Assembly (NCBI GenBank): GCA_035629175.1
Contig: DASPIL010000019.1
Location: forward strand, 12,427-76,426
Origin: Verrucomicrobiia bacterium
GTDB taxonomy: Bacteria > Verrucomicrobiota > Verrucomicrobiia > Limisphaerales > DASXHY01
Length of the DNA stretch: 64,000 nucleotides
Direction: 5' to 3'
The notes beneath the pieces are model-generated. The model made no database searches. It was given only the letters and a program-made list of their open reading frames with translations, and was not told the DNA's origin. Both the position numbers and the translations under genes were made by a program. Every line of letters begins with the position of its first letter. The stretch's first letter is position 1. Below, one piece after another: positions 35,862 through 45,109 of the stretch.

Positions 35862-38147
35862 CTACGCGGCGGGAGCGACTGCGGTGTCGAGGACATCGCG
35901 CACCTTCTGCGCGAGCTTTGCGGGCGTGAACGGCTTTGAAAGGAACGAAAGGTCGCCATCCAGTACGCCCAAATCGCTCAATGCGTCGTCTGTATAGCCT
36001 GAGATGAACAAAACGCGCGTTTTGATTTCCTGTTCGCGAAGCTGGTTATAAAGCTCCTTGCCGCTCATCTGCGGCATGATGACATCCGTCACGACAAGAT
36101 CGGGAGTGCGATTCGCGGAGATCAGGGGCAGCGCTTCCACCGCGGTGCCTGCTTCCTGCACCGCATAGCCGCATTCGCGCAGCACGGACGCTGTGAATTC
36201 CCGGACAGTCGGATCGTCCTCGACGACAACCACTGTTTCCGCGCCTTTGGGAAGGAATGGTGAATGCCCATTCTTCGAGTTGGACTCCATCGCTTCCAAC
36301 GTGCGGGGGAGATAGACCTTGAACGTTGTGCCGACGTTGGGTTCGCTGGTGACATGGATGTCGCCGCCGCTCTGCGATACGATTCCGAAGCAGGTTGCGA
36401 GGCCCAGGCCGGTTCCTTTGCCCACGCCCTTCGTGGTGTAGAAGGGTTCAAAGAGATGTGACTTCACCTCGTCGGTCATGCCGACACCGGAATCGCGTAT
36501 GCAGAACAGGACATAATCGCCAGCCTCCAGCGCCCGGTTTCGGAAATGCATCGCCTTTTCGAAAGTCACATTTTCAGTAGTGATCACGAGTTCTCCGCCG
36601 CGCGGCATTGCGTCGCGTCCATTGACCACCATGTTCATGATGACCTGCTCCAGCTGGCCGGGGTCTGCTTTGACCGCCCAGAGATCGCCTTGATACCGGG
36701 TTTGCAATTCGACGTCCTCGCCAATCAATCGTCGGAGCATTTTTTCCATGCCCTTGACGATCTCGTTGAGGTCAAGGACTCGCGTTTGAAGGACCTGCTT
36801 GCGGCTGAAGGCGAGCAATTGGTGCGTCAGGGCGCTGGCACGCTCGGCAGCGCGGCTGATCTCCTCGGCATTCTTCCGCAGCGGATGACTCGGATGAAGC
36901 TTGTGCAGCATCATGCCGCAATAGCCTGTGATGACTGTCAGGAGGTTGTTGAAGTCGTGGGCAACTCCTCCAGCAAGGCGTCCGACGGCCTCCATCTTTT
37001 GCGATTGCCTCAGGCGTTCCTCGCTCTGACGCAATGCTTCCTCGGCTCGCCGGGTTTCGGTGATGTCCTGGACCGTGCCAAACATTTTAATCGGCTGGCC
37101 TGTTTCGTTGCGCAGAACTTCGCCGCGTCCCTGGATCACGTGTTCGGTGCCATCCGGCAGTAACGCGCGATGATCGCAGACGAACGGCTGGCCGGTTCGC
37201 AATGCTTCGCCCATGATTGCACGGCAGCGGCCGAGGTCGTCGGGATGCACGCGTTGCATGCACTTTTCCATGGTGACGCCGAGGTCCTGGGGCGACTGGC
37301 CGTACAGTTTGCTCGCTTCTTCAGACCAGGTGACAGAATCGCGAATGAGATCCCATTCCCAACCGCCGAGCCGGGCGACTTGCTGGGTGTGACGGAGTTG
37401 GCGTTCCTGCTCGCGCAAGCGGGAGTCTGCCTGAGTCCGTTCCTCGATTTCGCGGGTCAGTTGGGCGGTGCGATGCGCGACCTGTGCTTCGATGGCATTG
37501 TTTAATTCTTCGAGGCGCGCCTGGCGTTCCGCGACGATGCGCATCTCGCTAACGCTTTTTCGAATGGAGATGACGAGGAATGCCACTTCGAAGGCAACCC
37601 ATGCGCCATGCTCGGCGGATCGCCACAAGGATGCCGATGCGACGCCGAAGACCGATTCAGGCCATACCAACCCGCGCGCAATGTGATCAATGATGACAAC
37701 CGCGGACGCCGACAAGAGCACCCGCCAGTCGCGGTAGAAAGCCAGGATGGCGAGGGACCCGAAGAAATGGAAATGCGTTTCAATCCGTCCACCCGTGAGG
37801 TGAACCAGCAGGGCGGCCATGAGCATCTGGCCGATTGCAACGGCATGCCGGGTGAGCGCCTGCCCGGGAAATTTCCACGCGAAAAAAACCGGAACGCTGG
37901 TGATCAATCCGCCGAGCACAATGGACGCGATCACATGGACATGAATGCTGCTGGTGCGTCCTTCCCAGGCCTGCGGAGAGAGCAGGAGCGTGATGAACAC
38001 GCTTGCAATCCATTGGCATATCAACAGCCAGAAGAACAGCCGGTCGGTGTGCCGAATCACAGACTGCTTCTGTTCCTCGAACAATTCGTCCGAGCGTACA
38101 GAGAACGAACTCGTCGCCGGAACCATCAGAGTGGGGTGGTTCGTCAT
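35862..38147 (-). CDS. hybrid sensor histidine kinase (His-rich membrane sensor, PAS, HisKA, HATPase, receiver)
   Basis: About 6 TM helices, PAS-like region, H-box AGGVAHDFNNLL, G-boxes GTGLGL, C-terminal REC (VVVVEDD...DVIMP...K). Confidence 0.9.
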   Translation of the reverse strand: MTNHPTLMVPATSSFSVRSDELFEEQKQSVIRHTDRLFFWLLICQWIASVFITLLLSPQAWEGRTSSIHVHVIASIVLGGLITSVPVFFAWKFPGQALTRHAVAIGQMLMAALLVHLTGGRIETHFHFFGSLAILAFYRDWRVLLSASAVVIIDHIARGLVWPESVFGVASASLWRSAEHGAWVAFEVAFLVISIRKSVSEMRIVAERQARLEELNNAIEAQVAHRTAQLTREIEERTQADSRLREQERQLRHTQQVARLGGWEWDLIRDSVTWSEEASKLYGQSPQDLGVTMEKCMQRVHPDDLGRCRAIMGEALRTGQPFVCDHRALLPDGTEHVIQGRGEVLRNETGQPIKMFGTVQDITETRRAEEALRQSEERLRQSQKMEAVGRLAGGVAHDFNNLLTVITGYCGMMLHKLHPSHPLRKNAEEISRAAERASALTHQLLAFSRKQVLQTRVLDLNEIVKGMEKMLRRLIGEDVELQTRYQGDLWAVKADPGQLEQVIMNMVVNGRDAMPRGGELVITTENVTFEKAMHFRNRALEAGDYVLFCIRDSGVGMTDEVKSHLFEPFYTTKGVGKGTGLGLATCFGIVSQSGGDIHVTSEPNVGTTFKVYLPRTLEAMESNSKNGHSPFLPKGAETVVVVEDDPTVREFTASVLRECGYAVQEAGTAVEALPLISANRTPDLVVTDVIMPQMSGKELYNQLREQEIKTRVLFISGYTDDALSDLGVLDGDLSFLSKPFTPAKLAQKVRDVLDTAVAPAA

Positions 38148-38761
38148 TGAGTGGTTTCAGGCAGCTGATTTGTGCTGGAGCATTGGAGTGAACAGCCGAA
38201 TACAGGTGTTCCCACGGGATCGTTTTCGCGGCGGGCGACCCGCTCGAGCAGGGCGGACTTGCTGGTGTTGTCGCCAATCTGACCCCGGCCCGCTGTAATC
38301 CCGCCGCTGAACAAAAGTTTTCCTTCGGGACTGTAAAGAACCACAAACCCGGACGTTTCGGCTCCGAACTGGCGGGCGATTTTGCCGTCAGGATCATTGG
38401 CGACTGAAACAGGCGCAATGCTCTCGGCTGTGGCACGCAAGGACGTTTGTGTCCAATCGTTTGAGACGCCTGAAGGGTTCATGAACAAAATGTGGGCTGC
38501 GATCTGTCCTGAACGCCCCGCGAGAATTCGGTTGAGTTCCTCAAGGCTCGCCCGGCTGCAGGGGCATCGGGGATGCGCGAAAAGGATCAGGGTATCACGG
38601 GTGGCATCGAGCTTTGGCACGGCGGGTTGGGGCCAAACCTCCGGGGTAATGTTGCGAGCTCCCACCGATTTTTCATAACGCATCAACGACAATCCGCCAA
38701 CGGTGGCTGCGATCAACCAAACCGCGCATAGCGTCGTTCTGTTGAATAACCGGGGTGTCAC
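38144..38761 (-). CDS. membrane-anchored thioredoxin-fold-like protein with a C-P-C motif
   Basis: TM anchor LCAVWLIAATVGGLSL. FAHPRCPCSRASLEEL. C-terminal FGCSL. ATGA overlap with the kinase start. The GTG 38761 start is chosen because the track N-terminus (to 39001) is made of repeat sequence. Confidence 0.55.
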   Translation of the reverse strand: MTPRLFNRTTLCAVWLIAATVGGLSLMRYEKSVGARNITPEVWPQPAVPKLDATRDTLILFAHPRCPCSRASLEELNRILAGRSGQIAAHILFMNPSGVSNDWTQTSLRATAESIAPVSVANDPDGKIARQFGAETSGFVVLYSPEGKLLFSGGITAGRGQIGDNTSKSALLERVARRENDPVGTPVFGCSLQCSSTNQLPETTQ

Positions 38762-38811
38762 TCCGGCGTGCTGAGCAGCGGATGTGCCAAAGGGGCTCGG
38801 TTCCACTGGGC

Positions 38812-39332
38812 GGCCCTCTCCCCCGGCCCTTCTCCCGCTCCTGCTTCGCAGGCGAGGGGAGAAAGACTGTCGGGCGGTCTGGTTGCGGGACAGTTTGCAC
38901 CTGGACTCCCTCTCTTCCATTCGGAATGGAGGAGAGGGTTGGTGAGAGGAGGTGCTTTTGACCTTACGAACGAGGGCGCGCGCAGGGTGATATCTGAGCA
39001 CCCTCTCCCCCGGCCCTTCTCCCGCTCCTGCGTCGCAGGCGAGGGGAGAAAGACTCTCGGGCGGTCTGGTTGCCGGACAGTTTGCATCTGGACTCCCTCT
39101 CTTCCATTCGGAATGGAGGAGAGGGTTGGGGAGAGGAGGAGCTTATGACCTCACGAACGAGGGCGCGCGCAGGACGATATCAGAGCACCCTCGCCCCCGG
39201 CCCTTCTCCCGCTCCTGCGTCGCAGGCGAGGGGAGAAAGACTGTCGGGCGGTCTGGTTGCCGGACAGTTTGCATCTGGACTCCCTCTCTTCCATTCGGAA
39301 TGCAGGAGAGGGTAGGGGAGAGGAGGAGCTTT
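38812..39332. repeat. tandem repeat, 187-bp unit x about 2.8, with two inverted repeats per unit
   Basis: Unit starts at 38814, 39001 and 39188. Copies differ by a few substitutions. Hairpin B is at 38908-38938, 39095-39125 and 39282-39312. The same peptide strings recur in overlapping track ORFs. Confidence 0.9.
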
Positions 39333-39369
39333 AAACTGAGCGAGATCCGCTCGGTCGTGTTCTTGAAAA

Positions 39370-40371
39370 CTAGCCAGAGGGCTTCTTTGAGGGGGCGGGC
39401 AGGTTTTGATCGGCTTCGGGTTCGCGGGACGCGCTTGCTCCTTCACTGCGCTCCTTCAAGTTCCGAAGCAGCCGCTCCTTGGTCGCCTGATGGCGCTCAT
39501 GCCGAACGCCTTCCAGATGCTGCCGGGCTTCGGAAAGCATTCCAGCCTTCATTTTGACTCGTGCGAGATGCACATGGACTCCTTCCTTTTCGACTTCATC
39601 GGAAGCGATCTTCAGCGCATTGGTCCAGGCTTGAAGGGCGTCGTTCGTTCGCAAGGGCAGGATGATGTAATACGATTGCGCGATGTCCGCCGCCATCAGA
39701 AAATTCGTGGGATCCAGGCGCATCGAGTTGCTGTAGAGCGACATCGCTTTGTCGAACACCTGCTGCTCGTCGATGTTGTAGAATTCGCGCGCGTCCTTGC
39801 GAAACAGGAAAACAGTGGTGCCGAAGTTGTGATAGTAAATGGGCTCTGTTGAGTTCAACTCGATCGCCTTTTCATAATACGCGAAGGCGTTTGTCACCGA
39901 GCCACGGTGGCCGTGGTAGTTGGCGAGATTATTCCACACGGCGGGGTTCAGGGGATCGATATCCCGCGCCTTTTCCAGGTGGATAACCGACGCTTCCTCT
40001 TCACCGATGTCTCCGAGGAAGCTCGCGTAGGCAAGGCGGGCATCCGCGTATTCGGGATGTTTTTCTATGAACCGTTCGTACGCCTGGCGAACAGCATCGA
40101 GTCTTTTGTGAATGCGTGCGTTTAATTCAGCGTCCGGAACCCCGGCGCCTTCCTCCTTGAATTTCCTGTTCTCAACGATCCATTGATCGATCTCCTCGAG
40201 CGCGGCGTCGTCATCTGCTTCGAGCTTCTTCAATTCCACGCCGCGCGGATCCTCGGCTGGTTGTGCTGCACGAACACGAATGCCCGTGGTTTGTTCCACG
40301 AGGTTGCTGGCAGCGGCGGGCGGATTCGTTGAAGCCAGGACGCCCAATAAACCAAACAGCAATGTGCTCAC
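39370..40371 (-). CDS. TPR repeat protein, exported
   Basis: Several 34-aa TPR-like units (e.g. AVWNNLANYHGHRGSVTNAFAYYEKAIELN). Short signal-like N-terminus. GTG start. Confidence 0.8.
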   Translation of the reverse strand: MSTLLFGLLGVLASTNPPAAASNLVEQTTGIRVRAAQPAEDPRGVELKKLEADDDAALEEIDQWIVENRKFKEEGAGVPDAELNARIHKRLDAVRQAYERFIEKHPEYADARLAYASFLGDIGEEEASVIHLEKARDIDPLNPAVWNNLANYHGHRGSVTNAFAYYEKAIELNSTEPIYYHNFGTTVFLFRKDAREFYNIDEQQVFDKAMSLYSNSMRLDPTNFLMAADIAQSYYIILPLRTNDALQAWTNALKIASDEVEKEGVHVHLARVKMKAGMLSEARQHLEGVRHERHQATKERLLRNLKERSEGASASREPEADQNLPAPSKKPSG

Positions 40372-40483
40372 GCGGAGAAGCTAGCACGCGCCGCGGGATG
40401 TCCAAATGGAAAAGCCGGAATGCGATTGATCGAAAGAATTCCAACACTGGTCGCGAGAACGTTGGGTTCACCTGGCTGGAAGC

Positions 40484-40524
40484 TCGGTTCCACGGCGGGC
40501 AAGGATGCCTGCCGCCACGTCCAC
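40484..40524. repeat. short dispersed repeat core, family 2, copy 1
   Basis: cggttccacggcggg.aaggatgcct.gccgc is shared with 60703-60745. Confidence 0.4.
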
Positions 40525-40525
40525 T

Positions 40526-41572
40526 TCAGAATGGCCAGTTGATTCCAGCCGAAATGTAAATGCCGCCGCTCAAATCGAGTTTCGCAGTCCGGCCGCTTTC
40601 GCTGAACTCTGCCGATCCCAGCGGCATGTACTGCGCCCCGAGGTAGAAATCACCGTTGCGAGCCGCGTGATAGGTGAGCATCGCGTTGATGTAGCCGCCG
40701 AACAGAAATTCTGAGGCATCGAAATCTCCGCGATTCCGGGTCTCGCCAGCGATCAATTCGTTGTAGCGGTAATTTCCAGTTACCAAGCCGACCGCAGGTC
40801 CGGCTCCCACGGTTAGGCCGACCGCCGGGTGGAGATCAAAATACAACGTCGGGCCAAGGCGGAACGCGTAGAGAATCACTTCCAGTTCACGGCTGCCTGT
40901 GACGTTCACCTGCATTGGGTCACCTGCGTCAACCAGTGTCCCCACGTCTCCGAGGAGCGGCTGCTGCTCACCGCTGGCTGAACCGTTATAGGGTGCACTT
41001 GGCGGAATGACACCGCCGGGAAGATCGAACGCGTACGTGTTCTGCTGGACGGTCGCACTGAACCGGCTGTCATCTGAGATCGTGATCGGCAGCAGGCCAA
41101 AGCCGAATTCCCATCCAATGCGCATGCGTTCTCCGCGCCAGATAATACCGCCGTAAGCCAATTCAAAACCGAGGTAGGGCGCTTCGTCGTCGCCGCTCGC
41201 TTTCGAGGCGGCCTCGAAGGAGCTGGTGCTCTGGAACAGCAATTGACCGCTTTGAACCTGGTCGGGCCGTTCGTATCCCCAAAACGTCGTGTAACCGCCA
41301 CTGTTGCCCGTGCGATCGACGCGCACATAGCCGTCATCGAATAGATGATTCTGTCCGCCTACTCCAAGCTGGCCAACGCGGTTTCCGGAAATATCAAAGG
41401 CGCCATTCATTTTGAAATCGCCCTTGATGTTAAATCCGGTGAGCAGACCGACCCGGAAGTTGCGCGTCCAATCGGGATCGTACTGCCCGTGCGTGCTGAA
41501 GCTGGAAGCCGAAATCAGGGCGGCGGCGCCGAGCCAGCCGTAACAGGTTTTGTGGGAAGCGAAGTTCAGCAT
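40526..41572 (-). CDS. outer-membrane beta-barrel protein (porin-like), hypothetical
   Basis: Signal peptide, alternating hydrophobic and G/Y/N-rich strands, terminal ...ISAGINWPF (aromatic C-terminus). Confidence 0.6.
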   Translation of the reverse strand: MLNFASHKTCYGWLGAAALISASSFSTHGQYDPDWTRNFRVGLLTGFNIKGDFKMNGAFDISGNRVGQLGVGGQNHLFDDGYVRVDRTGNSGGYTTFWGYERPDQVQSGQLLFQSTSSFEAASKASGDDEAPYLGFELAYGGIIWRGERMRIGWEFGFGLLPITISDDSRFSATVQQNTYAFDLPGGVIPPSAPYNGSASGEQQPLLGDVGTLVDAGDPMQVNVTGSRELEVILYAFRLGPTLYFDLHPAVGLTVGAGPAVGLVTGNYRYNELIAGETRNRGDFDASEFLFGGYINAMLTYHAARNGDFYLGAQYMPLGSAEFSESGRTAKLDLSGGIYISAGINWPF

Positions 41573-41581
41573 GGCCTGGGC

Positions 41582-42967
41582 TTAGGGATTCAAGAGCACG
41601 CGGTAAAATCGGTTGGTGGTCGAGTTGACGGCGCTGATGGTTTTCGGGGGACCGTCATCAATCCATTGCACCTTGGACGTCTGCGCGACAATCGGAGGAA
41701 TCGCGGCTCTTGCGTCTGGGAAGTCCATGGCGCTGCTGTAATAAATCGTATAGGTCCGGCCCGGCGTGGCGGGAAACTCAATCATCACGTCCTGCGAGGG
41801 AAGCTGAACAATGTTGGTGATCGTGACAGCGGATGGCACGGGCACATTGACGTTGTAGGTGGAAGTCGCAACAGCAACATAGCTGTCGTTCGGAACATCG
41901 AACGCCACGCGAGCGGGCACAAAGTATTGGAGTACGAGATTCACACCTTCGCCTGGCGCAAGCGGCGCCGCGTAGGCAACGAACGGCGTGCCGCTGTTCG
42001 TTCCGGCGGCGTTTCGAAGCGGATGCTGCAGGTTGTTGATGATGAGCCTGGCAGACGCCGCGTTCGACGAGCTGATGTTTACCAGCCGGACAGTCTGCTC
42101 CATGAGCGCATTCTGAAAGTTAAGCACCATGTCGGAGGCATTCGTCGCAATCAATTGACCAGTCACGAGAGCATCGACGGTAAAGGTCGCGCTGGCAGCG
42201 TTGTTTGCGGCGTTGGTGTCGGATCCGCCTGACATTCCTGCCGCAGCTGAAACGGTTTTGGAGCCTGCGCTGGTGGCGCGAACAAACAACTGGAACCGCC
42301 GTCCTGCATTAGCCGCGAGGTCGCCCACGTTGATAATGGGCTGGTTGGCAGCGGAGGTGTTTCGGAAGGTGATGCCAGCGGGCAGCGTGTTGGTAAGTTG
42401 AACACCTGTAGCGGCAGTGCCGCTTCGATTGGTAACCGTGACGAAATAGCTGAATTGGTCGTTCACGAGAACGGGAGCGGAGGGCGCGGTGACTGTGACG
42501 GCGAGATCGCTGATAACAATGGGTGCGTTCGTGAAGGTGGTGACCAGCTGCACGCCCGGAAAATTCGTGGCGGGGAGGCTGAAGGTGACGAAGTTCGTCA
42601 GAACCGTGGCATTCGTGGAGGTGACCTGGAGATCGACAAACCCGCCTTGCCCCAAGGGAACTTGTGCGACGGCCACGATCTGATTCGATTCCACGGAGAT
42701 GACAGTGTTGAAAAGATTGGTCCCGAAGTCAGTGAGAACGATGGGCGCGGAAAAGCGGTTGGTGATCACCACGTTCTGCACCAGGCCGGAATTATTCGTA
42801 AAATCGAGGCTGTAGAGAATTGGCGTGTTGATCAGTGTGTTCGTGTGCGAGACGCGCGCGTCAAATATGAGGAGTTGCGCCCGCGCTGGGAATGTGGTTG
42901 CGATGAAAAATATCGCCAGCGGACCGAGGAATCGGAGAACTGTAAACGCCTTGATGTAAGACTGCAT
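41582..42967 (-). CDS. DUF11-type conserved-repeat surface protein
   Basis: Signal peptide from ATG 42967. Repeats with VTVTNRSGTAATGVQLTNTLPAGITF signatures. C-terminal ...NRFYRVLLNP. Confidence 0.7.
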   Translation of the reverse strand: MQSYIKAFTVLRFLGPLAIFFIATTFPARAQLLIFDARVSHTNTLINTPILYSLDFTNNSGLVQNVVITNRFSAPIVLTDFGTNLFNTVISVESNQIVAVAQVPLGQGGFVDLQVTSTNATVLTNFVTFSLPATNFPGVQLVTTFTNAPIVISDLAVTVTAPSAPVLVNDQFSYFVTVTNRSGTAATGVQLTNTLPAGITFRNTSAANQPIINVGDLAANAGRRFQLFVRATSAGSKTVSAAAGMSGGSDTNAANNAASATFTVDALVTGQLIATNASDMVLNFQNALMEQTVRLVNISSSNAASARLIINNLQHPLRNAAGTNSGTPFVAYAAPLAPGEGVNLVLQYFVPARVAFDVPNDSYVAVATSTYNVNVPVPSAVTITNIVQLPSQDVMIEFPATPGRTYTIYYSSAMDFPDARAAIPPIVAQTSKVQWIDDGPPKTISAVNSTTNRFYRVLLNP

Positions 42968-43258
42968 GTGCACCTTCAATGGCGGCGACTTTATTGAGCA
43001 GCGTGGTTGGTGTCGAGGAATTGTTTTCGCGCGAGTCGATGCAGCGCAGATTTCGCGAGACGAGCGTCGGGACGTTGTCGGCTGGTTTCCGTGGATCGGC
43101 GGAATGGACGCGAGGGAGGGAAGGCTGCGATACAGCAAGTCTGGCAATTGCGCTCGTTGGGCAGTGATGAATCAAAGGGGAATACTTTTGACCCATACCG
43201 CAACTTTCCATAGCTTGCCGTGTAATCATTTGGGAAATGCTCGAGCGTTTTTGACTGA

Positions 43259-45013
43259 ATGGCCTTTTTATCACTTAGAGAATTCTTTGCCCGCATGGGC
43301 CTGGTGACTCCCGAGCAATTCGAGGAGCACGGCAAGTCATGGCGGGTGGCGGTCGAGAATGGCTCACAGGAATCGCTTCTCACGTTCATTTGCAGGGAAC
43401 GCGGGATCGCTGAAGACGTATTCCTGCAGAAACTTGCGCAAGCGCTCGGCTGGCCGTACCTCGAAGTCGCCAAGCTGGAAGTCCCCCAACAGGCGCGCAC
43501 CCGCATCTCGACCAAGGTCGCGTTTCAATATTCCGTCCTGCCCACCAACGTCACGGACAACGCAGTCCAGGTGGCTGTCAGCAATCCCTTCGACACTGCA
43601 ATGCTCAACTCGGTGCGCTTTGATGCCCGCGCGCCGGTCGAGTTTGCACTCGCTCCCAAGGCTGAAATTGAAAAGGCGCTGAAGAAGTATTACGGCGTCG
43701 GCGCTGAGACTCTCGACGAAATGGGCGCAACGGAAGACGAACCGCTCGAGCTGCTCATCGACAAGGAAATCACCGAGGGCGACCAGGAAGCCAGCGTCAT
43801 CAAGTTCGTGAACCAGGTGATCTGGGAAGCTTACAAGGATCGCGCGACTGATATTCACCTCGAGCCGCAGGAAGACGAGTTGCGCATTCGTTACCGCATC
43901 GACGGCATCCTGCATCAGACCCCGATGCCTCCGCAGCTCAAGCGTTTCCAGGCATCGATCCTATCGCGCATCAAGGTGATGAGCGGGATGAACATCGCCG
44001 AGAAGCGCCTGCCGCAGGACGGACGCATCAATGTGCGCATCAAGGGCGAGGAAATTGACATTCGTGTTTCGACCGTGCCGACGGTTTATGGCGAGAGCAC
44101 GTCGCTGCGGCTGCTGTCGCGCGGAAAGATTTTCCTGAGCCTGGACAAGCTGGGCTTCGCTCCGAATGACGAGTCGGCCATTCGCGAATTGATCGTCAAG
44201 CCGCACGGTATTTTGCTCGTGACGGGGCCGACGGGTTCAGGCAAGTCGACGTCGCTGTATGCGATGCTTTCCACGATCAACTCGGTTCACAAGCGTATCA
44301 TCACGATTGAAGAGCCCGTGGAATATGAGTTGAAAGGGATCAATCAAATTGCGGTGCGGCCGGAAATTGGGCTGACGTTCGCGATGGGATTGCGCCATAT
44401 CCTGCGGCAGGACCCGAATGTGATCATGGTGGGCGAAATCCGCGACCTTGAAACAGCGGAGATTGCGATTCGCGCAGCGCTGACGGGTCACTTGGTCTTT
44501 TCGACGCTGCACACGAACGACGCGCCCAGCGCGTTCACCCGCTTGATCGACATGGGCATTGAGCCATTCCTGGTTGCATCATCGGTGGAGGCCATCATGG
44601 CCCAGCGTCTCGTCCGCACCATTTGCCCGCACTGCAAGACGGAGCAGAAGGTTGAGCCGAATTATCTGAAGCGCATTGGCTTTCCTGAGGACGAAATTCC
44701 CACGGCAAAGTTTTGGTATGGCGCGGGTTGCGAGCAATGCAGGCAGCTCGGCTACCAGGGCCGCCTGGCAATCTATGAACTGCTGTTGCTCAACGAGCAG
44801 CTGCGCCCGCTGATCCTCAGCCGCGCGGCGGCGTCCACGATCGCGGCGCGAGCGCTGGAGCAGGGGATGCGCTCGTTGCGCATCGACGGCTGGAACAAGG
44901 TTCGCAACGGGATCACCACGATCGAGGAAGTGTTGCGCGTGACGCAGATCGAGGAACATCTGGACGCGCTGATGGAAGACAAAACGGAAATCCTCGCAAA
45001 TCTTTCCAAATGA
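43259..45013 (+). CDS. GspE/PilB-family secretion ATPase
   Basis: T2SSE_N-like N-terminal domain, Walker A GPTGSGKST, LRQDPNVIMVGEIRD, tetracysteine CPHCK...CEQC. Confidence 0.93.
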   Translation: MAFLSLREFFARMGLVTPEQFEEHGKSWRVAVENGSQESLLTFICRERGIAEDVFLQKLAQALGWPYLEVAKLEVPQQARTRISTKVAFQYSVLPTNVTDNAVQVAVSNPFDTAMLNSVRFDARAPVEFALAPKAEIEKALKKYYGVGAETLDEMGATEDEPLELLIDKEITEGDQEASVIKFVNQVIWEAYKDRATDIHLEPQEDELRIRYRIDGILHQTPMPPQLKRFQASILSRIKVMSGMNIAEKRLPQDGRINVRIKGEEIDIRVSTVPTVYGESTSLRLLSRGKIFLSLDKLGFAPNDESAIRELIVKPHGILLVTGPTGSGKSTSLYAMLSTINSVHKRIITIEEPVEYELKGINQIAVRPEIGLTFAMGLRHILRQDPNVIMVGEIRDLETAEIAIRAALTGHLVFSTLHTNDAPSAFTRLIDMGIEPFLVASSVEAIMAQRLVRTICPHCKTEQKVEPNYLKRIGFPEDEIPTAKFWYGAGCEQCRQLGYQGRLAIYELLLLNEQLRPLILSRAAASTIAARALEQGMRSLRIDGWNKVRNGITTIEEVLRVTQIEEHLDALMEDKTEILANLSK

Positions 45014-45109
45014 GCTGCCGTTCCTTGAACTTCCGAGATTCGCGGCGGCTGTGCGCCGTGTTGCTGAACCCGGCAAATCGCGGATTCACTCGCGCCAATC
45101 CTTCCTGAT

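Noticed and set aside
38762-39001. N-terminal 80 codons of track ORF 38144..39001.
   Set aside because: This part is encoded entirely by the tandem repeat, and the same peptide strings recur in other frames and ORFs. The gene most likely starts at GTG 38761, just before its TM helix.
38812-39332. Possible CRISPR array (regularly spaced GC-rich palindromic repeats).
   Set aside because: The entire 187-bp unit, including the would-be spacers, is conserved between copies. There are no unique spacers and no cas genes, so this is a tandem repeat and not CRISPR.
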